From the IMG/VR virus record IMGVR_UViG_3300035661_000053, positions 8,278 to 72,277 of that record: a DNA stretch of 64,000 nucleotides; one strand, written 5' to 3'. Position 1 is the first letter of the stretch, and each line of letters starts with the position of its first letter. Of this stretch, positions 26,472-36,554 are shown one piece after another. Source of the DNA: a virus. A model generated the notes under the pieces. It did no database searches and had not been told where the DNA came from. It worked only from the letters and a program-made list of their open reading frames with translations. A program made the translations under genes and the position numbers.

Positions 26472-27769
26472 GTTGCCGCCTGTTCTACTTTTGTAAAGCA
26501 TTGTTCCATCAGGGCAGCTGCCAAATCAGGGCGCTCGTCAAGAGCCTTTGCAAATTTGTCTGCACCCTGAAAACGATCATTCTTGTAAGTATACCACGCT
26601 CCCGCCTGCTTCACAATGCCAAGCTCAACGGAGACGTGCACAACGCTTAAGTTATTTACGATGTCATCCTTCAATATAGAATAGAAGAACTTTCCATATT
26701 GCCACGGCTTCCCGGTTTTGTTTTTAAGAATAGTGAAATTTATCCAGATACCCTCGATGAGTCTTTTCTCCTGACTTATCCAAACCTTTTCTCCGGCAGT
26801 GAAATCTATCGTGGTTGAGGAACCATACTTAAGACCACCACCCCCACCCATAACACGAGAGTCACCATATGCGCCGATTTTCTCGCGCCATTGCTGAATG
26901 ACAACAAGGATAGGCTCCGCCTGCTTCCGCACCTCAACCATCTTACCCTCCTTATCACGATACACGAAATCAAACCTACTATTAAGACGAGAAGTAAGCA
27001 CACGAACAATCTTGTTCCATATGCGTGCCTGCAAACCTTGCTGGTAATCCTCAAGAGACTTTTCAGATTCCTCCTTACCACCTATTGCATCCACCGAATC
27101 AACACCAACGAAAGTAACTCGCCCGGTGTTAAGAGCCTCACGCATGACATCACCAACCTGCTGACTGTGTTCAGGATTAAACAAAACTACATTGTTATGC
27201 ACGACACCGAATTTAGTCGCCCATTCTCTTGTATAGTTATGTTCAGAATCGACAAGAAAAAATAAGGAATAAGACGGCTCACTACAATGTGAACATTCAA
27301 TGTCATACTCGAGAGCATAAAAAGGCTTCTTGTGGTGGAATTTTTGATTGGGGCAATAGATGTTCTTCTTCTGGTGATTAGCGTAGTACTTCTTGGAGAT
27401 GACAGTCGCGGGGTCAACAACAACCTTCTTGAAATTCTTCTCCGTAATATGCCCCTCAAGGCAGGTGCCACAGATTCTTTGAGCTATTCCAGCGCCTATG
27501 TACATTGTTGTGGATTTTGTACTGCTCGCGGCTCCTACCAAAATATGCCAACGACCCCTCGTGTACCCACCTATCTTTATATCAATGGCAAAAATCCCCG
27601 TTCGAGACTTGACCATTTTAATGTCAGAGCCCACGCGTATAACCTCATCCTTGTAGGCGAGATTAACCGTATTCATGAGTCTGTTTTTAACATCCTCCGT
27701 GGTTTCTGTCTTTAATTCGTCTTTCTTTCCCGCCGTTGCGGGTTTTTTGCCTTCTATCTTCTTCGCCAT
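26468..27769 (-). CDS. recA: RecA/UvsX-like recombinase with Cys-rich insertion
   Basis: TGIFAIDIKIGG, Walker A GAASSTKST, DSEH, VDSV, QARIW, QWREKIG, GGGGLKY, KNK, GAWY...FQG. Confidence 0.9.
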   Translation of the reverse strand: MAKKIEGKKPATAGKKDELKTETTEDVKNRLMNTVNLAYKDEVIRVGSDIKMVKSRTGIFAIDIKIGGYTRGRWHILVGAASSTKSTTMYIGAGIAQRICGTCLEGHITEKNFKKVVVDPATVISKKYYANHQKKNIYCPNQKFHHKKPFYALEYDIECSHCSEPSYSLFFLVDSEHNYTREWATKFGVVHNNVVLFNPEHSQQVGDVMREALNTGRVTFVGVDSVDAIGGKEESEKSLEDYQQGLQARIWNKIVRVLTSRLNSRFDFVYRDKEGKMVEVRKQAEPILVVIQQWREKIGAYGDSRVMGGGGGLKYGSSTTIDFTAGEKVWISQEKRLIEGIWINFTILKNKTGKPWQYGKFFYSILKDDIVNNLSVVHVSVELGIVKQAGAWYTYKNDRFQGADKFAKALDERPDLAAALMEQCFTKVEQAAT

Positions 27770-27802
27770 GATTTTCTTCACTTATAAGTTAATAAAAAGA
27801 CA

Positions 27803-27912
27803 ACCTCTGCATCAGATGTTAGCACATTCGCGTGACTATTGTGAAATATTCGCGTGGCCTTTATCCTGACAACGTATTCCCGAAGAAATTGCTTCTCCAC
27901 GTTTCCAGAGGT
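27803..27912 (-). ncRNA. Candidate structured intergenic RNA between SSB and recA
   Basis: Closing stem ACCTCTG/CAGAGGT with nested AACGT/ACGTT, GAAG/CTTC and TCAG/CTGA pairings. Confidence 0.35.
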
Positions 27913-27925
27913 CTCTATTTACATA

Positions 27926-29293
27926 TTAGTCACGTTCTTCAAGGAAGGTCACCTTTTTCTGTAGGGCACCTTGCGTAAGCGGAGCAAGGTCTTCAGATAA
28001 TTTCTGAATAGTGCCTTCTGCTTTTTGCTCCGGGGTTAATTTAACCCGACCTTCAAAAGTGAAGATGTCCCCAGTTGCGTAGGATTTCTCACCTGTTGTG
28101 CGTTTAATGCGGAATTTCAAACCTTCGAAATTTATGTTCTCCTCACCTCTAAGAGCGGCGGAAGCGACTTCCTTCAAAAATTCGTAATTCTGCTTAAAAA
28201 CCATAAGCCGAATAGAATCAGTTATAGTTTTGTTGTCCTTATTCTTATACGGCGTATGATCAATTACCTTGAACGCACGAGCAACATAAGCACGAGAAGT
28301 TCCGGCTTCACAGATAGGACAACGCTTGCCCATCGGGGTGATGCAGGTCAACGTGTCATATTTACCGCCTATTTTAACAGAGTGCTCCTTAAAAACAAGC
28401 GGTTTTGGAGATATAATCGTGATATGCTTAACACCGCCTTTTTCGAGCCATGTACGGAAAGCTTTACGCTGTTCCTTGTTGTCCTCAACAAAAGTGTCTT
28501 CTTCTTCACCTGTGGCGAACCAGCTGCTCGTTTCGGTATTGTATTCTTCGTCATCACCACCTTGTACACCGGGTGTTCCAAAAGGGTCTGTATCCTCATC
28601 CTGCTTCTCACCACCGCCCTGGAGAGCTTCTTCAATTGCGTCACGGAGTTGCTCGTCTGTCATTCTCGCGATACCAACAATATCAAGCTCGTTATCAGAA
28701 ACGAAAGCTTTGAGTTGCGCGCGATCAAGGAGAGATAGATCAACGGGTTCGGGTTCCTGCTCCTCATCCTTATCCTCCTCCGGGGATTCGGGGGTCATGG
28801 CTGCACGAATAGCGGCACGAAGTTCATCCTCATCCATTTTTGCAATACCAGTAATTTCCAATTCCTTATCTATGATAAAAGCCTTGAGACCTTTTTTGTC
28901 CAGATCGTCAAGGTTGTCTGCTTCTGGTTCCAGCTCATCATCTAACTCCTCGTGATTCATGGTATCGGGATCAATGATGTCATCGTCTGAAGGCTCAAAA
29001 CTATCAACCTCAACAGGGAAATCATCAGCATCAAGCTCTTCCTTTTTGCCTTTGGTTTTCTTTTCGGGTTCAGGTTCTTTCACCTTTGATTTAGTGGGTG
29101 TCCCCGCAGCAGTCTTCTTGCTAAATGTTGTGGCATCAGCAAGGGTGTTAAGCTTGACTTGTTGCACAGAACCATCAGCCTCCCATTGCACCTTTGCAAC
29201 CTTGCCAACAACGGCAAGTACTTTGCCGTAAATGACCTTTTTCTTCCCATCCAAAATGCCTACACGTGTACCTTTTTTAATATCATTAGCCAT
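27926..29293 (-). CDS. Single-stranded DNA-binding protein (gp32-like) with long N-terminal extension
   Basis: C-terminal domain EH...TC...CPICE...FKVIDH...FRIKRT; N-terminal SH3-like segment, acidic linkers and two helical repeats; next to recA. Confidence 0.7.
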   Translation of the reverse strand: MANDIKKGTRVGILDGKKKVIYGKVLAVVGKVAKVQWEADGSVQQVKLNTLADATTFSKKTAAGTPTKSKVKEPEPEKKTKGKKEELDADDFPVEVDSFEPSDDDIIDPDTMNHEELDDELEPEADNLDDLDKKGLKAFIIDKELEITGIAKMDEDELRAAIRAAMTPESPEEDKDEEQEPEPVDLSLLDRAQLKAFVSDNELDIVGIARMTDEQLRDAIEEALQGGGEKQDEDTDPFGTPGVQGGDDEEYNTETSSWFATGEEEDTFVEDNKEQRKAFRTWLEKGGVKHITIISPKPLVFKEHSVKIGGKYDTLTCITPMGKRCPICEAGTSRAYVARAFKVIDHTPYKNKDNKTITDSIRLMVFKQNYEFLKEVASAALRGEENINFEGLKFRIKRTTGEKSYATGDIFTFEGRVKLTPEQKAEGTIQKLSEDLAPLTQGALQKKVTFLEERD

Positions 29294-29298
29294 GTTCC

Positions 29299-29523
29299 TT
29301 ATCCTTCTTTGTGTGAGTTTATATTTTTGCGTTTTACACGCATTAGTTTATCAATCTCAGGTTTCATTTGTGTCTCCACGAATGCTTTCGCACGCAGAGC
29401 GGCTTGCTGCGGGGTCTCCCCCAATTTGCAATCCGTTGCATAAGCTATCTCTATGTTGACAGGTTCATACTGTGTAACTTGTATCTTTTGTCCAAACGTT
29501 ACACTAACTCTATCGGCGGGCAT
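29299..29523 (-). CDS. Hypothetical phage protein
   Basis: VSVTFGQKIQVTQYEPVNIEI, a pattern common in small phage proteins. Confidence 0.55.
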   Translation of the reverse strand: MPADRVSVTFGQKIQVTQYEPVNIEIAYATDCKLGETPQQAALRAKAFVETQMKPEIDKLMRVKRKNINSHKEG

Positions 29524-30016
29524 TATCTTCTTCCTTCTTCTGCTTAATTTTCAAAATAGCCCACTCTTTTCTGAGTGTTTCAAAAAATACCGGCAAGTCC
29601 CTGTTTGTTCGGACAATTTTAGTCCAAACCCTTTGAATGAGGATTACTTGCGCTTTCGTGTAATATCTCATTTTGTTGTAGATTACAGGCTTCGGGAAAC
29701 TGTTACTTTTCTCCCAAAGCTTGATTGTCGCGGGTGTCCTATCTATGAGCATAGCTACATATGATATTTTCGCGCATTGGTGAACAATCCCATTTATACG
29801 CAATTTTCTCCAAATACGCTTTTCCTGCTTGTATATCTTGCGAAGTGCTCGCTTCTCATCCTGCTTCCTTCGCGTGTTTTCACTTACGCGCTTTTTTTGC
29901 GCGTCACGAAAAATGGGATCAGTCCTATAACGCATTCTCGCGCGGGCAAGAATCTTATGTTTATTCTTGTCATAATAGGTTGTCTCAGAGCCCTTTGAGG
30001 TATTCAGTTGGGGCAT
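29510..30016 (-). CDS. MerR-like HTH DNA-binding protein
   Basis: ISYVAMLIDRTPATIKLWEK...PKP...RYYT. Confidence 0.65.
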   Translation of the reverse strand: MPQLNTSKGSETTYYDKNKHKILARARMRYRTDPIFRDAQKKRVSENTRRKQDEKRALRKIYKQEKRIWRKLRINGIVHQCAKISYVAMLIDRTPATIKLWEKSNSFPKPVIYNKMRYYTKAQVILIQRVWTKIVRTNRDLPVFFETLRKEWAILKIKQKKEEDNARR

Positions 30017-30503
30017 TTGACACCATCCTATGGAGTTGTTTTTCTGTTAATTTTGCTCGATTCGCGAAAGCCTCAAAATTTGAGGCTGTAAGTTTACGCT
30101 TAACGGTTAAGCACCCAGAAGCAATGAGGTTTTTTCGTAATTTAGGGGACAAGCTTTCCATATCTACTATATACGTTAAGTCATAGACCTCAGAATCCTC
30201 GAGTCCTTTCTTCTTGAGATACTCGTCAATTTCTGGCTCATCAAACGTGTAGTTATTACGAACACTCAGGGTTATATGGCCTGAATCTGCTTCAATAACA
30301 CCTTTCGATTTTTTAGCCCTACGTATGAGTTCTTCTTTCGCTATTCCCTCATACAAATCAATGAAAGTTCGCATTTTATGAAGTGTGTCAACGATGCTAT
30401 CAGCGGTAGCTCTTTTAACCGCCTGTTGCATCTGATCTTTAGTCTGCTTGAGGAAATCGAGAGAGAATACCTGTCTAACAATAGTTGACATTTTTTTTGT
30501 CAT
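29985..30503 (-). CDS. Hypothetical protein
   Basis: 172 aa with AGGAG Shine-Dalgarno, first gene after an AT-rich promoter region. Confidence 0.6.
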   Translation of the reverse strand: MTKKMSTIVRQVFSLDFLKQTKDQMQQAVKRATADSIVDTLHKMRTFIDLYEGIAKEELIRRAKKSKGVIEADSGHITLSVRNNYTFDEPEIDEYLKKKGLEDSEVYDLTYIVDMESLSPKLRKNLIASGCLTVKRKLTASNFEAFANRAKLTEKQLHRMVSNAPTEYLKGL

Positions 30504-30607
30504 TAGAAGCTCCTATGAAATAAATGAAATAATGATACAAAAGTGGTTAATTTTGTTTATTAAACATAGTACTTTTTTAAATACTATCCAAATAAAAAAT
30601 TAAAAAA

Positions 30608-32023
30608 TTAAAAATAATCTACTTTATACCCCCATTTCCTGTACATGGTATACCTTTTGTCCGCCATACCTTCTAGCATACGTATGCCCTTGTCCGCGAA
30701 ATCCACAACAAAAGGTTCCTTTCCCTGCATTAATCGTTGCACCCTGCCAATTGTCTGCTCAAGCATTACTTTTGAGGAGAAAGGCATCGCTAAAATAAGC
30801 CCCTCCAGGGTTTCCACATTCAGACCAAGACTGGCTTTCTGGTATGTCGCGAATAGTATATCAGCCGAATCCATCTCTATCTGTGTGGGTGTAGGAATTA
30901 TTTCTTGTTTCATTCCTTGCGCCCTCTGCTTCTTTGTGAGTTTCTTTGCACCATACATTCTACAAACTTTCTTATTCGGGAATTCCCGACGATACTGAGC
31001 AGCCATAAAATCCAGCTGTGCTATGCGATCAGACAGAACTACCATTTTCTTTGATGCCAATTTTACAATGTATGAGAAAATAAACATATTTCGATCAACG
31101 TTCTTCTCCAAATACATCTTGAGACCAACAAGATATGGTAGATACGACGGTATATATGGCTTATCGGAGTGCACAAATTCTGCAATGCCAACCTCAACAG
31201 GCATGTTCCGCACATTCTCATGCATTACCAGATTTGAAGACAAATGCAAGTAAGAGTACCTTTCCATCCCATCCTCTCTCTTTGGGGTAGCTGTCAACCC
31301 TAAAGATGCTATCCTGTTGAACCTCGTGAAAGATCGCAAGAACATTCTCGTTGGCAAAGTATGTACCTCATCAACGACGATAAAATCAAAAAGATTATTT
31401 ATTTCCTTTCCAAATGTTGATGTCATCAAAGATTGGAAAGTCCCTATTACTACTTTGCCATCCTTGAATTTACCGTTACGCAGGGTGCCTATTTCGTTAT
31501 CCTCAAGACCAAGCACCTCCTTCAACTCCTTGCGCCATTGCTCCGCGAGAAAATCCTTGTGCACCAGAATAAGGGTCTTCATTTTCAGGTGCGCGATAAT
31601 ATTGCATCCCATGAAAGTCTTCCCCTCAGCAGGTTTCGCGACAATCACCGAACCACCAAACTTTTTAATGTTTGCCAATGATGCATTGATTGTTTTCTCC
31701 TGCTGAGGCGACGGGGTTTTTTCTTTAGCAATTTGAAAATCTATGGTATTACATTTCAGCATTCTGGAAGTAACAAATTCTTCTATCCTTGTTACTGAAG
31801 GCTCAAAGAAATAGCGAGGCACCGCGTAACCAGACAACCCTTGTTTATTCTTTACAGGGTAATAAAGCTTTATGTCAAAATTCTCATCCTCATCCACGGG
31901 GATGCCCATGCGTATTTTCGCGCGTATCATGTCCGAAGCAGTGATTGTGAGCTCCTGCTTTTCCATTTTTGTAAGATAGCTAACAATAAAATCTTTGCTA
32001 AACCCGTATGCTGTTCTAATCAT
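30608..32023 (-). CDS. SF2 DExH helicase
   Basis: PAEGKT, DEVH, TATP, GLNV, QTIGRVQR. Confidence 0.9.
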   Translation of the reverse strand: MIRTAYGFSKDFIVSYLTKMEKQELTITASDMIRAKIRMGIPVDEDENFDIKLYYPVKNKQGLSGYAVPRYFFEPSVTRIEEFVTSRMLKCNTIDFQIAKEKTPSPQQEKTINASLANIKKFGGSVIVAKPAEGKTFMGCNIIAHLKMKTLILVHKDFLAEQWRKELKEVLGLEDNEIGTLRNGKFKDGKVVIGTFQSLMTSTFGKEINNLFDFIVVDEVHTLPTRMFLRSFTRFNRIASLGLTATPKREDGMERYSYLHLSSNLVMHENVRNMPVEVGIAEFVHSDKPYIPSYLPYLVGLKMYLEKNVDRNMFIFSYIVKLASKKMVVLSDRIAQLDFMAAQYRREFPNKKVCRMYGAKKLTKKQRAQGMKQEIIPTPTQIEMDSADILFATYQKASLGLNVETLEGLILAMPFSSKVMLEQTIGRVQRLMQGKEPFVVDFADKGIRMLEGMADKRYTMYRKWGYKVDYF

Positions 32024-32159
32024 AGCTTATGATCACTTCTGTCCCGATTAATTAAATACATGAGTTCCTCATCGTCATCACGAAGAAGTATTTCGATAAT
32101 GCCAAGTTGTACTTGATATTCTTTTCCCTTGTTTTTATCTCGCGCATTTGTTTTGTTCC

Positions 32160-34154
32160 TTAATGTACTTCTCTCCAAGACATGCCGATATTCGGCTCGA
32201 CCTTGAATTTTATGTTTTTAATAATGTGTGACAGGGACGTTTCCATTTCCTTCTTTATGATAGGAACGAAACCTTCCGCCTTGTCCTCGTCTACCTCAAG
32301 CAAAAGCTCATCATGTATCTGAAGAACGATTCTACAGCTATCTCCCTGGCATATTTGTTGCCAAATATTTATCATGGATTGCTTAACCAAGTCACCCGCG
32401 GAGCCTTGAATAACAGTAGATACTGCGGCGTTCTTCGCGTTGTTATGCCGCCACCAGTTTCCCCTGTCCATATCCCGAATGCCCATAGATAATAGACAGC
32501 GTCTTCTGCCGAGTATTGTGCATACCCAACCTGTTCTTATAGCGCTCGAATGCACGCGTTCAACAAAAGCACCCACGACCTTCAATTCTTCTTTCCAAGC
32601 CCTCACCAGTTTCTCCGCGAGGTCTTCTGCTATTCGAAGCTTGCGAGCAAAAGTCTTGTACCACATACCATACAACAAGCTAAAATTGGATTCCTTCGCT
32701 TTCCACCTTTCAATAGGTATACCAATTCTGGCAGTCATATTGTCAGCCATTCGCTGATGCACATCGCGATCATTGTTATACGCATCCAGAAGAAAAGGGT
32801 CGTTTGAATACGCGCCCATCATTCTCAATTCCAGCTGGCTTTCATCAGCACCTATGAATACTTTGCCGGGCATTGGAATGAAAATAGATCGCATGTCAAT
32901 GAAATAAGGCTTAAGAATAGCTTTTAATTGCGCCTGTCTTTTCGGGGACTGTTTTGCAATTATATCTTTTACTTCTTTCTCCGTAATAAATAAAGCCTTT
33001 GTTTTTAGAAGACCTAATTTTATAAGCTTTCGTGTTATGAGTATCAACATTGGAGTAGGGTCACGGGGCTGATTTTGCATATTAGGGTGGGTGCTTGAAA
33101 GTCTCCCGGTTCTGGTGCCTATTTGATTGAAATTGTACCCGGTGAGAACAAAAATACCTTTATCAACCTCTACTATCTGATCTTCAATGCCTTGAATGAA
33201 AGTGCTGTTTAGCGTCATTAAGCTACGCCTGTGCAGTATCAGTTCTATAATCAAGCCACCCTGCTTCTCCTGAAGCTCATCAAGAGCATCCTCATCAAGA
33301 GTGTAGTTTCCTTCCGCGGTCATTCCTTTTTTCTCCGCCTGCTTAATCATGAATTCAGTTGGCTTTTTTCTTTTTATTTTGTAGCCGTGGCGAGATAAAG
33401 CATCTCCCAGTTGCTTCTGTGAATCAAAATTTATTTCCCCTAAAATATCCGTGAGTTTGGTTGTTATAATGTCTATCTCATCAAAAAGATTTCGTGCGAA
33501 CGCATCATACAAAGGTTTATCTATTCGTATATAATTCCTCTCTACATTCATGTCCCGCATAACCTCCATGAGCGGAAGATCATGCTTATAATAAAGGTCT
33601 TTCACCCTCGGTAACTTGTCAAGCTTTGATTGGAGATCAAGATAGAGCTTCATTGTATTTATAGCGTCATCCTCACCATACTGGGAGAATACTGCAAACC
33701 CAGCCTTCTCAGCCTCCTTATACTTTACAGTGTCCTCCTTGCCGTATTCATCTATCATTATAGATTTTAGCCCATGTAAGCGCTCCGTGTTTATAGCGTG
33801 GTGAGCAAGTATGGTGTCCTCAACCTTATCAATAGGAATATTTATGCCAATTTTCTTCAAAACGCTTGTGTCAAATATAGCGTTATGAAAAACAACTTTT
33901 TCTGACCTCTGGATTAATTTTTCCAGAACAGCATTAGCCGCATTATAAGGGAGATTCCGGTACTCAGTCTTTTCTATCATGTTGAATTCATGACTAACAG
34001 GTACATAACAAGCGATAAGTTTACCACTTTTGGCTTTATAGCATATTGACCAACCTTTTGGCAACATATTGGGGTGGGTTTCGAAATCGAGACTAAAGAC
34101 TGACGGCACCTTTGCCGCGAAATCCCGCAAGTCTGTCATAGATTGTATAAGCAT
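32160..34154 (-). CDS. polA: Family A DNA polymerase with 3'-5' exonuclease
   Basis: LDFET, HNAIFD, YGEDD; TGRLSS.HPNMQN; motif A ADESQLELR, motif B RWKAKESNFSLLYG, QGSAGD, motif C IHDE. Confidence 0.95.
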   Translation of the reverse strand: MLIQSMTDLRDFAAKVPSVFSLDFETHPNMLPKGWSICYKAKSGKLIACYVPVSHEFNMIEKTEYRNLPYNAANAVLEKLIQRSEKVVFHNAIFDTSVLKKIGINIPIDKVEDTILAHHAINTERLHGLKSIMIDEYGKEDTVKYKEAEKAGFAVFSQYGEDDAINTMKLYLDLQSKLDKLPRVKDLYYKHDLPLMEVMRDMNVERNYIRIDKPLYDAFARNLFDEIDIITTKLTDILGEINFDSQKQLGDALSRHGYKIKRKKPTEFMIKQAEKKGMTAEGNYTLDEDALDELQEKQGGLIIELILHRRSLMTLNSTFIQGIEDQIVEVDKGIFVLTGYNFNQIGTRTGRLSSTHPNMQNQPRDPTPMLILITRKLIKLGLLKTKALFITEKEVKDIIAKQSPKRQAQLKAILKPYFIDMRSIFIPMPGKVFIGADESQLELRMMGAYSNDPFLLDAYNNDRDVHQRMADNMTARIGIPIERWKAKESNFSLLYGMWYKTFARKLRIAEDLAEKLVRAWKEELKVVGAFVERVHSSAIRTGWVCTILGRRRCLLSMGIRDMDRGNWWRHNNAKNAAVSTVIQGSAGDLVKQSMINIWQQICQGDSCRIVLQIHDELLLEVDEDKAEGFVPIIKKEMETSLSHIIKNIKFKVEPNIGMSWREVH

Positions 34155-34219
34155 AAAAATTCTCCAAAATTTTGCAATGAATGCTATAATATAAATAATT
34201 TTTTTCTATATAAAAATAC

Positions 34220-35203
34220 TCAAACAATACTTTTATACAGCGTAACGCCTTCCAATACGTGAGCTAATGTCTTAGCTGTGGGTATCTTAGCGGGGTCTTG
34301 ATAATCATACCGGGCACGCCATATAAGGGGCACCTGCTTTGAAAGCCTCGTGTATATTCTCTTCTCCATATCTATACCCGCTTGATCGTTGTCTCCCATG
34401 AGTATTAATTGCGCGAATTTTTTTCTCATGGCAGACACTTGATGTAAGCCCACATTGCTGCCGAAACAACCAACAACAGAAAACCTTTCAAGTAATTTTA
34501 ATTGCTTCAGGAACATGTAGATGCGAAGGGCATCATACATACCTTCCACAACAATAGCTGTCTTTGCTTTACTCAGCCAACCCAGATATAAATAAGACTC
34601 AGTATTGAAGTTATTCGCATACTTTGGGAGTCTCCCATCAATATAATGTGACACGTACCCAACAAGTTTACCATTATCAATTTGAGGAAAAACCGTTTGC
34701 TTATTCTTCATGTCATAGAGCAAATTCGCGTCAACAAGAATATCCTTAGTTAAGCCCCTCTTGTTTAAGTTATAGTCTAAGAACTCTTTACTATTGGCAT
34801 CAAAGTGCTTCACAGCTTCTTCAATAGACTCAGTCCTCGTTTCATCCGGTGCAACATCTATTCTTTCATTGTATCTCGGAAAAACAACCTTGAAGGAATT
34901 CTGTATTTGATAGGGATTACCAATAGTCTTTACAAGGCCCTCTTTTTGAAGTTCGAGCATAAAAGCAACGAACGTTCTGAAAGAGCGTTTACAAGTAAAG
35001 CAATGTGCCTTGAAACCCTCATCTGTCATCTTGATTCCGAAAGAGGGCTTCGAGTCAATAGAGTTCCTGTGACCGCTTACCGGGGCAAAAGGGCACCCGA
35101 ACATGATATTCCCGGAAGAAGAGCGTGTAGTGCCTATTCTGATGCCAACACCCCTCAAATATTCAAGTATTTGAGACTGCAAAGCCTCATTATTGTCAAT
35201 CAT
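34220..35203 (-). CDS. dnaG: DNA primase (Zn finger + TOPRIM)
   Basis: CPFA...H...PSF...HCFTC; VVEGMYD; DNDQAG. Confidence 0.9.
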   Translation of the reverse strand: MIDNNEALQSQILEYLRGVGIRIGTTRSSSGNIMFGCPFAPVSGHRNSIDSKPSFGIKMTDEGFKAHCFTCKRSFRTFVAFMLELQKEGLVKTIGNPYQIQNSFKVVFPRYNERIDVAPDETRTESIEEAVKHFDANSKEFLDYNLNKRGLTKDILVDANLLYDMKNKQTVFPQIDNGKLVGYVSHYIDGRLPKYANNFNTESYLYLGWLSKAKTAIVVEGMYDALRIYMFLKQLKLLERFSVVGCFGSNVGLHQVSAMRKKFAQLILMGDNDQAGIDMEKRIYTRLSKQVPLIWRARYDYQDPAKIPTAKTLAHVLEGVTLYKSIV

Positions 35204-35310
35204 GGGAAACTAAACTCCTTTTTGCTGACCTTGTAGATTCCACAATAGCAAAGCAACCTTCTTCCTTGAAATGCTTCCGCTTCATATTCCCATCACAATA
35301 AAAAGCTGAC

Positions 35311-36546
35311 TCACCCATTAAAGCTATCCTCCGTGTACTGTCCACCCTCATTTTCTGGAATCTCTTCAAAATTCCAGTTCTCGAAGTCCCAAACGTTAAG
35401 ACCCTTCGCCCCATTACGCGCCATTCTTGTCTTTAGAAATTCAAAACCCATCAAAGGTGGAACATTCATAAGCATGGCCTGACTCTGATAAATCTTGAGT
35501 AAAATGTCAACGTCCTGCCGGACAGATTTTGCATAAGCAATATCCCCATCAGCGTTAAACTGAAAGGTTCCTATGAAGGGCGTTTTATACTTCTTTGTTA
35601 ACGCTTGTATTTTTCGTGAAGCAATCATAGTATCCTTGAATAAATCCTTCCCTGTCTCTACTGACAGATAAACACCGTCTATGAAGACAGCCGCAGGCTC
35701 AAGCCTGATCATTTCGAGCTCAATGTCATCAATACTTTTCCCCGCCCCGGATATAACATGAACCTTGCCCATTTGCGTGTACAAGCTTGACAGTTGCCTA
35801 AGCCTGCTCTCCTCCTCAGCATTGAGCCTGCCTTCACGATACTTTGTCGCGGAAAATTCCCCCACAATAGAATCACACCTTGTACTTATATCCTCAACGG
35901 ACATTTCGTTTGTAACAATAAGAATACACCCGTCTACTTGTGCCGCATAATTCATAGCTACACGCAGAAAGAAATACGTCTTACCTACACCTGAAGTACC
36001 TATGATGCCTATGTATTCCGTGCGTATACCCCCAACAACCTTGTCGAAGAACTCAAAGCCTGTTTGCACGCCTATAACACCTTCATTCGCCTTCGTGCGT
36101 TCATACAGGGCTATCCGTTCTTCCAGGGAAGCGTCTACCGTTTCCGAATCAGCCATTTGAACCTCGGATAGACCTATCCTTAAATCCTGAAGACTTTTCT
36201 CCGCCTTTGCAAGGTCCATGCTGAAAAGCTGATTCTGCATGGTTGCTAGATATGTAGTGAACAGTTGATATTTTCTGCGCCCGTATAACTCGTCAATGTA
36301 GTATGACAAAGCATCCTGTGGGCGGGTGAGTTTTAATTGTGGAAACTTTAGGGAAAGAGCTGTTTTAGAAGGAAGTTCACCTTTTGATTTCTTATAGTAA
36401 TCAAGGATAAAAGTATAAGCGAGTCTTTCTTCGCCCTCTAGTAAATCTACGGGTACCTTTTTTATTGCCTGTGTGAATTCCTCTTTTGTTGATGCTAATA
36501 TTCCACCTAAAAATTCATTGTCAATGTTTTGTGAAATTTCTGCCAT
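35311..36546 (-). CDS. dnaB: DnaB-like replicative helicase
   Basis: GTSGVGKT, NEMS, FIDGVY, QFN, QDVD, KTR. Confidence 0.9.
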   Translation of the reverse strand: MAEISQNIDNEFLGGILASTKEEFTQAIKKVPVDLLEGEERLAYTFILDYYKKSKGELPSKTALSLKFPQLKLTRPQDALSYYIDELYGRRKYQLFTTYLATMQNQLFSMDLAKAEKSLQDLRIGLSEVQMADSETVDASLEERIALYERTKANEGVIGVQTGFEFFDKVVGGIRTEYIGIIGTSGVGKTYFFLRVAMNYAAQVDGCILIVTNEMSVEDISTRCDSIVGEFSATKYREGRLNAEEESRLRQLSSLYTQMGKVHVISGAGKSIDDIELEMIRLEPAAVFIDGVYLSVETGKDLFKDTMIASRKIQALTKKYKTPFIGTFQFNADGDIAYAKSVRQDVDILLKIYQSQAMLMNVPPLMGFEFLKTRMARNGAKGLNVWDFENWNFEEIPENEGGQYTEDSFNG

Positions 36547-36554
36547 GATAACCC

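Noticed and set aside
26468-34154. Insertions in RecA and PolA as inteins or introns
   Set aside because: Too short, no C-terminal HN-C/S/T junction, no homing-endonuclease motifs, and the frames are continuous.
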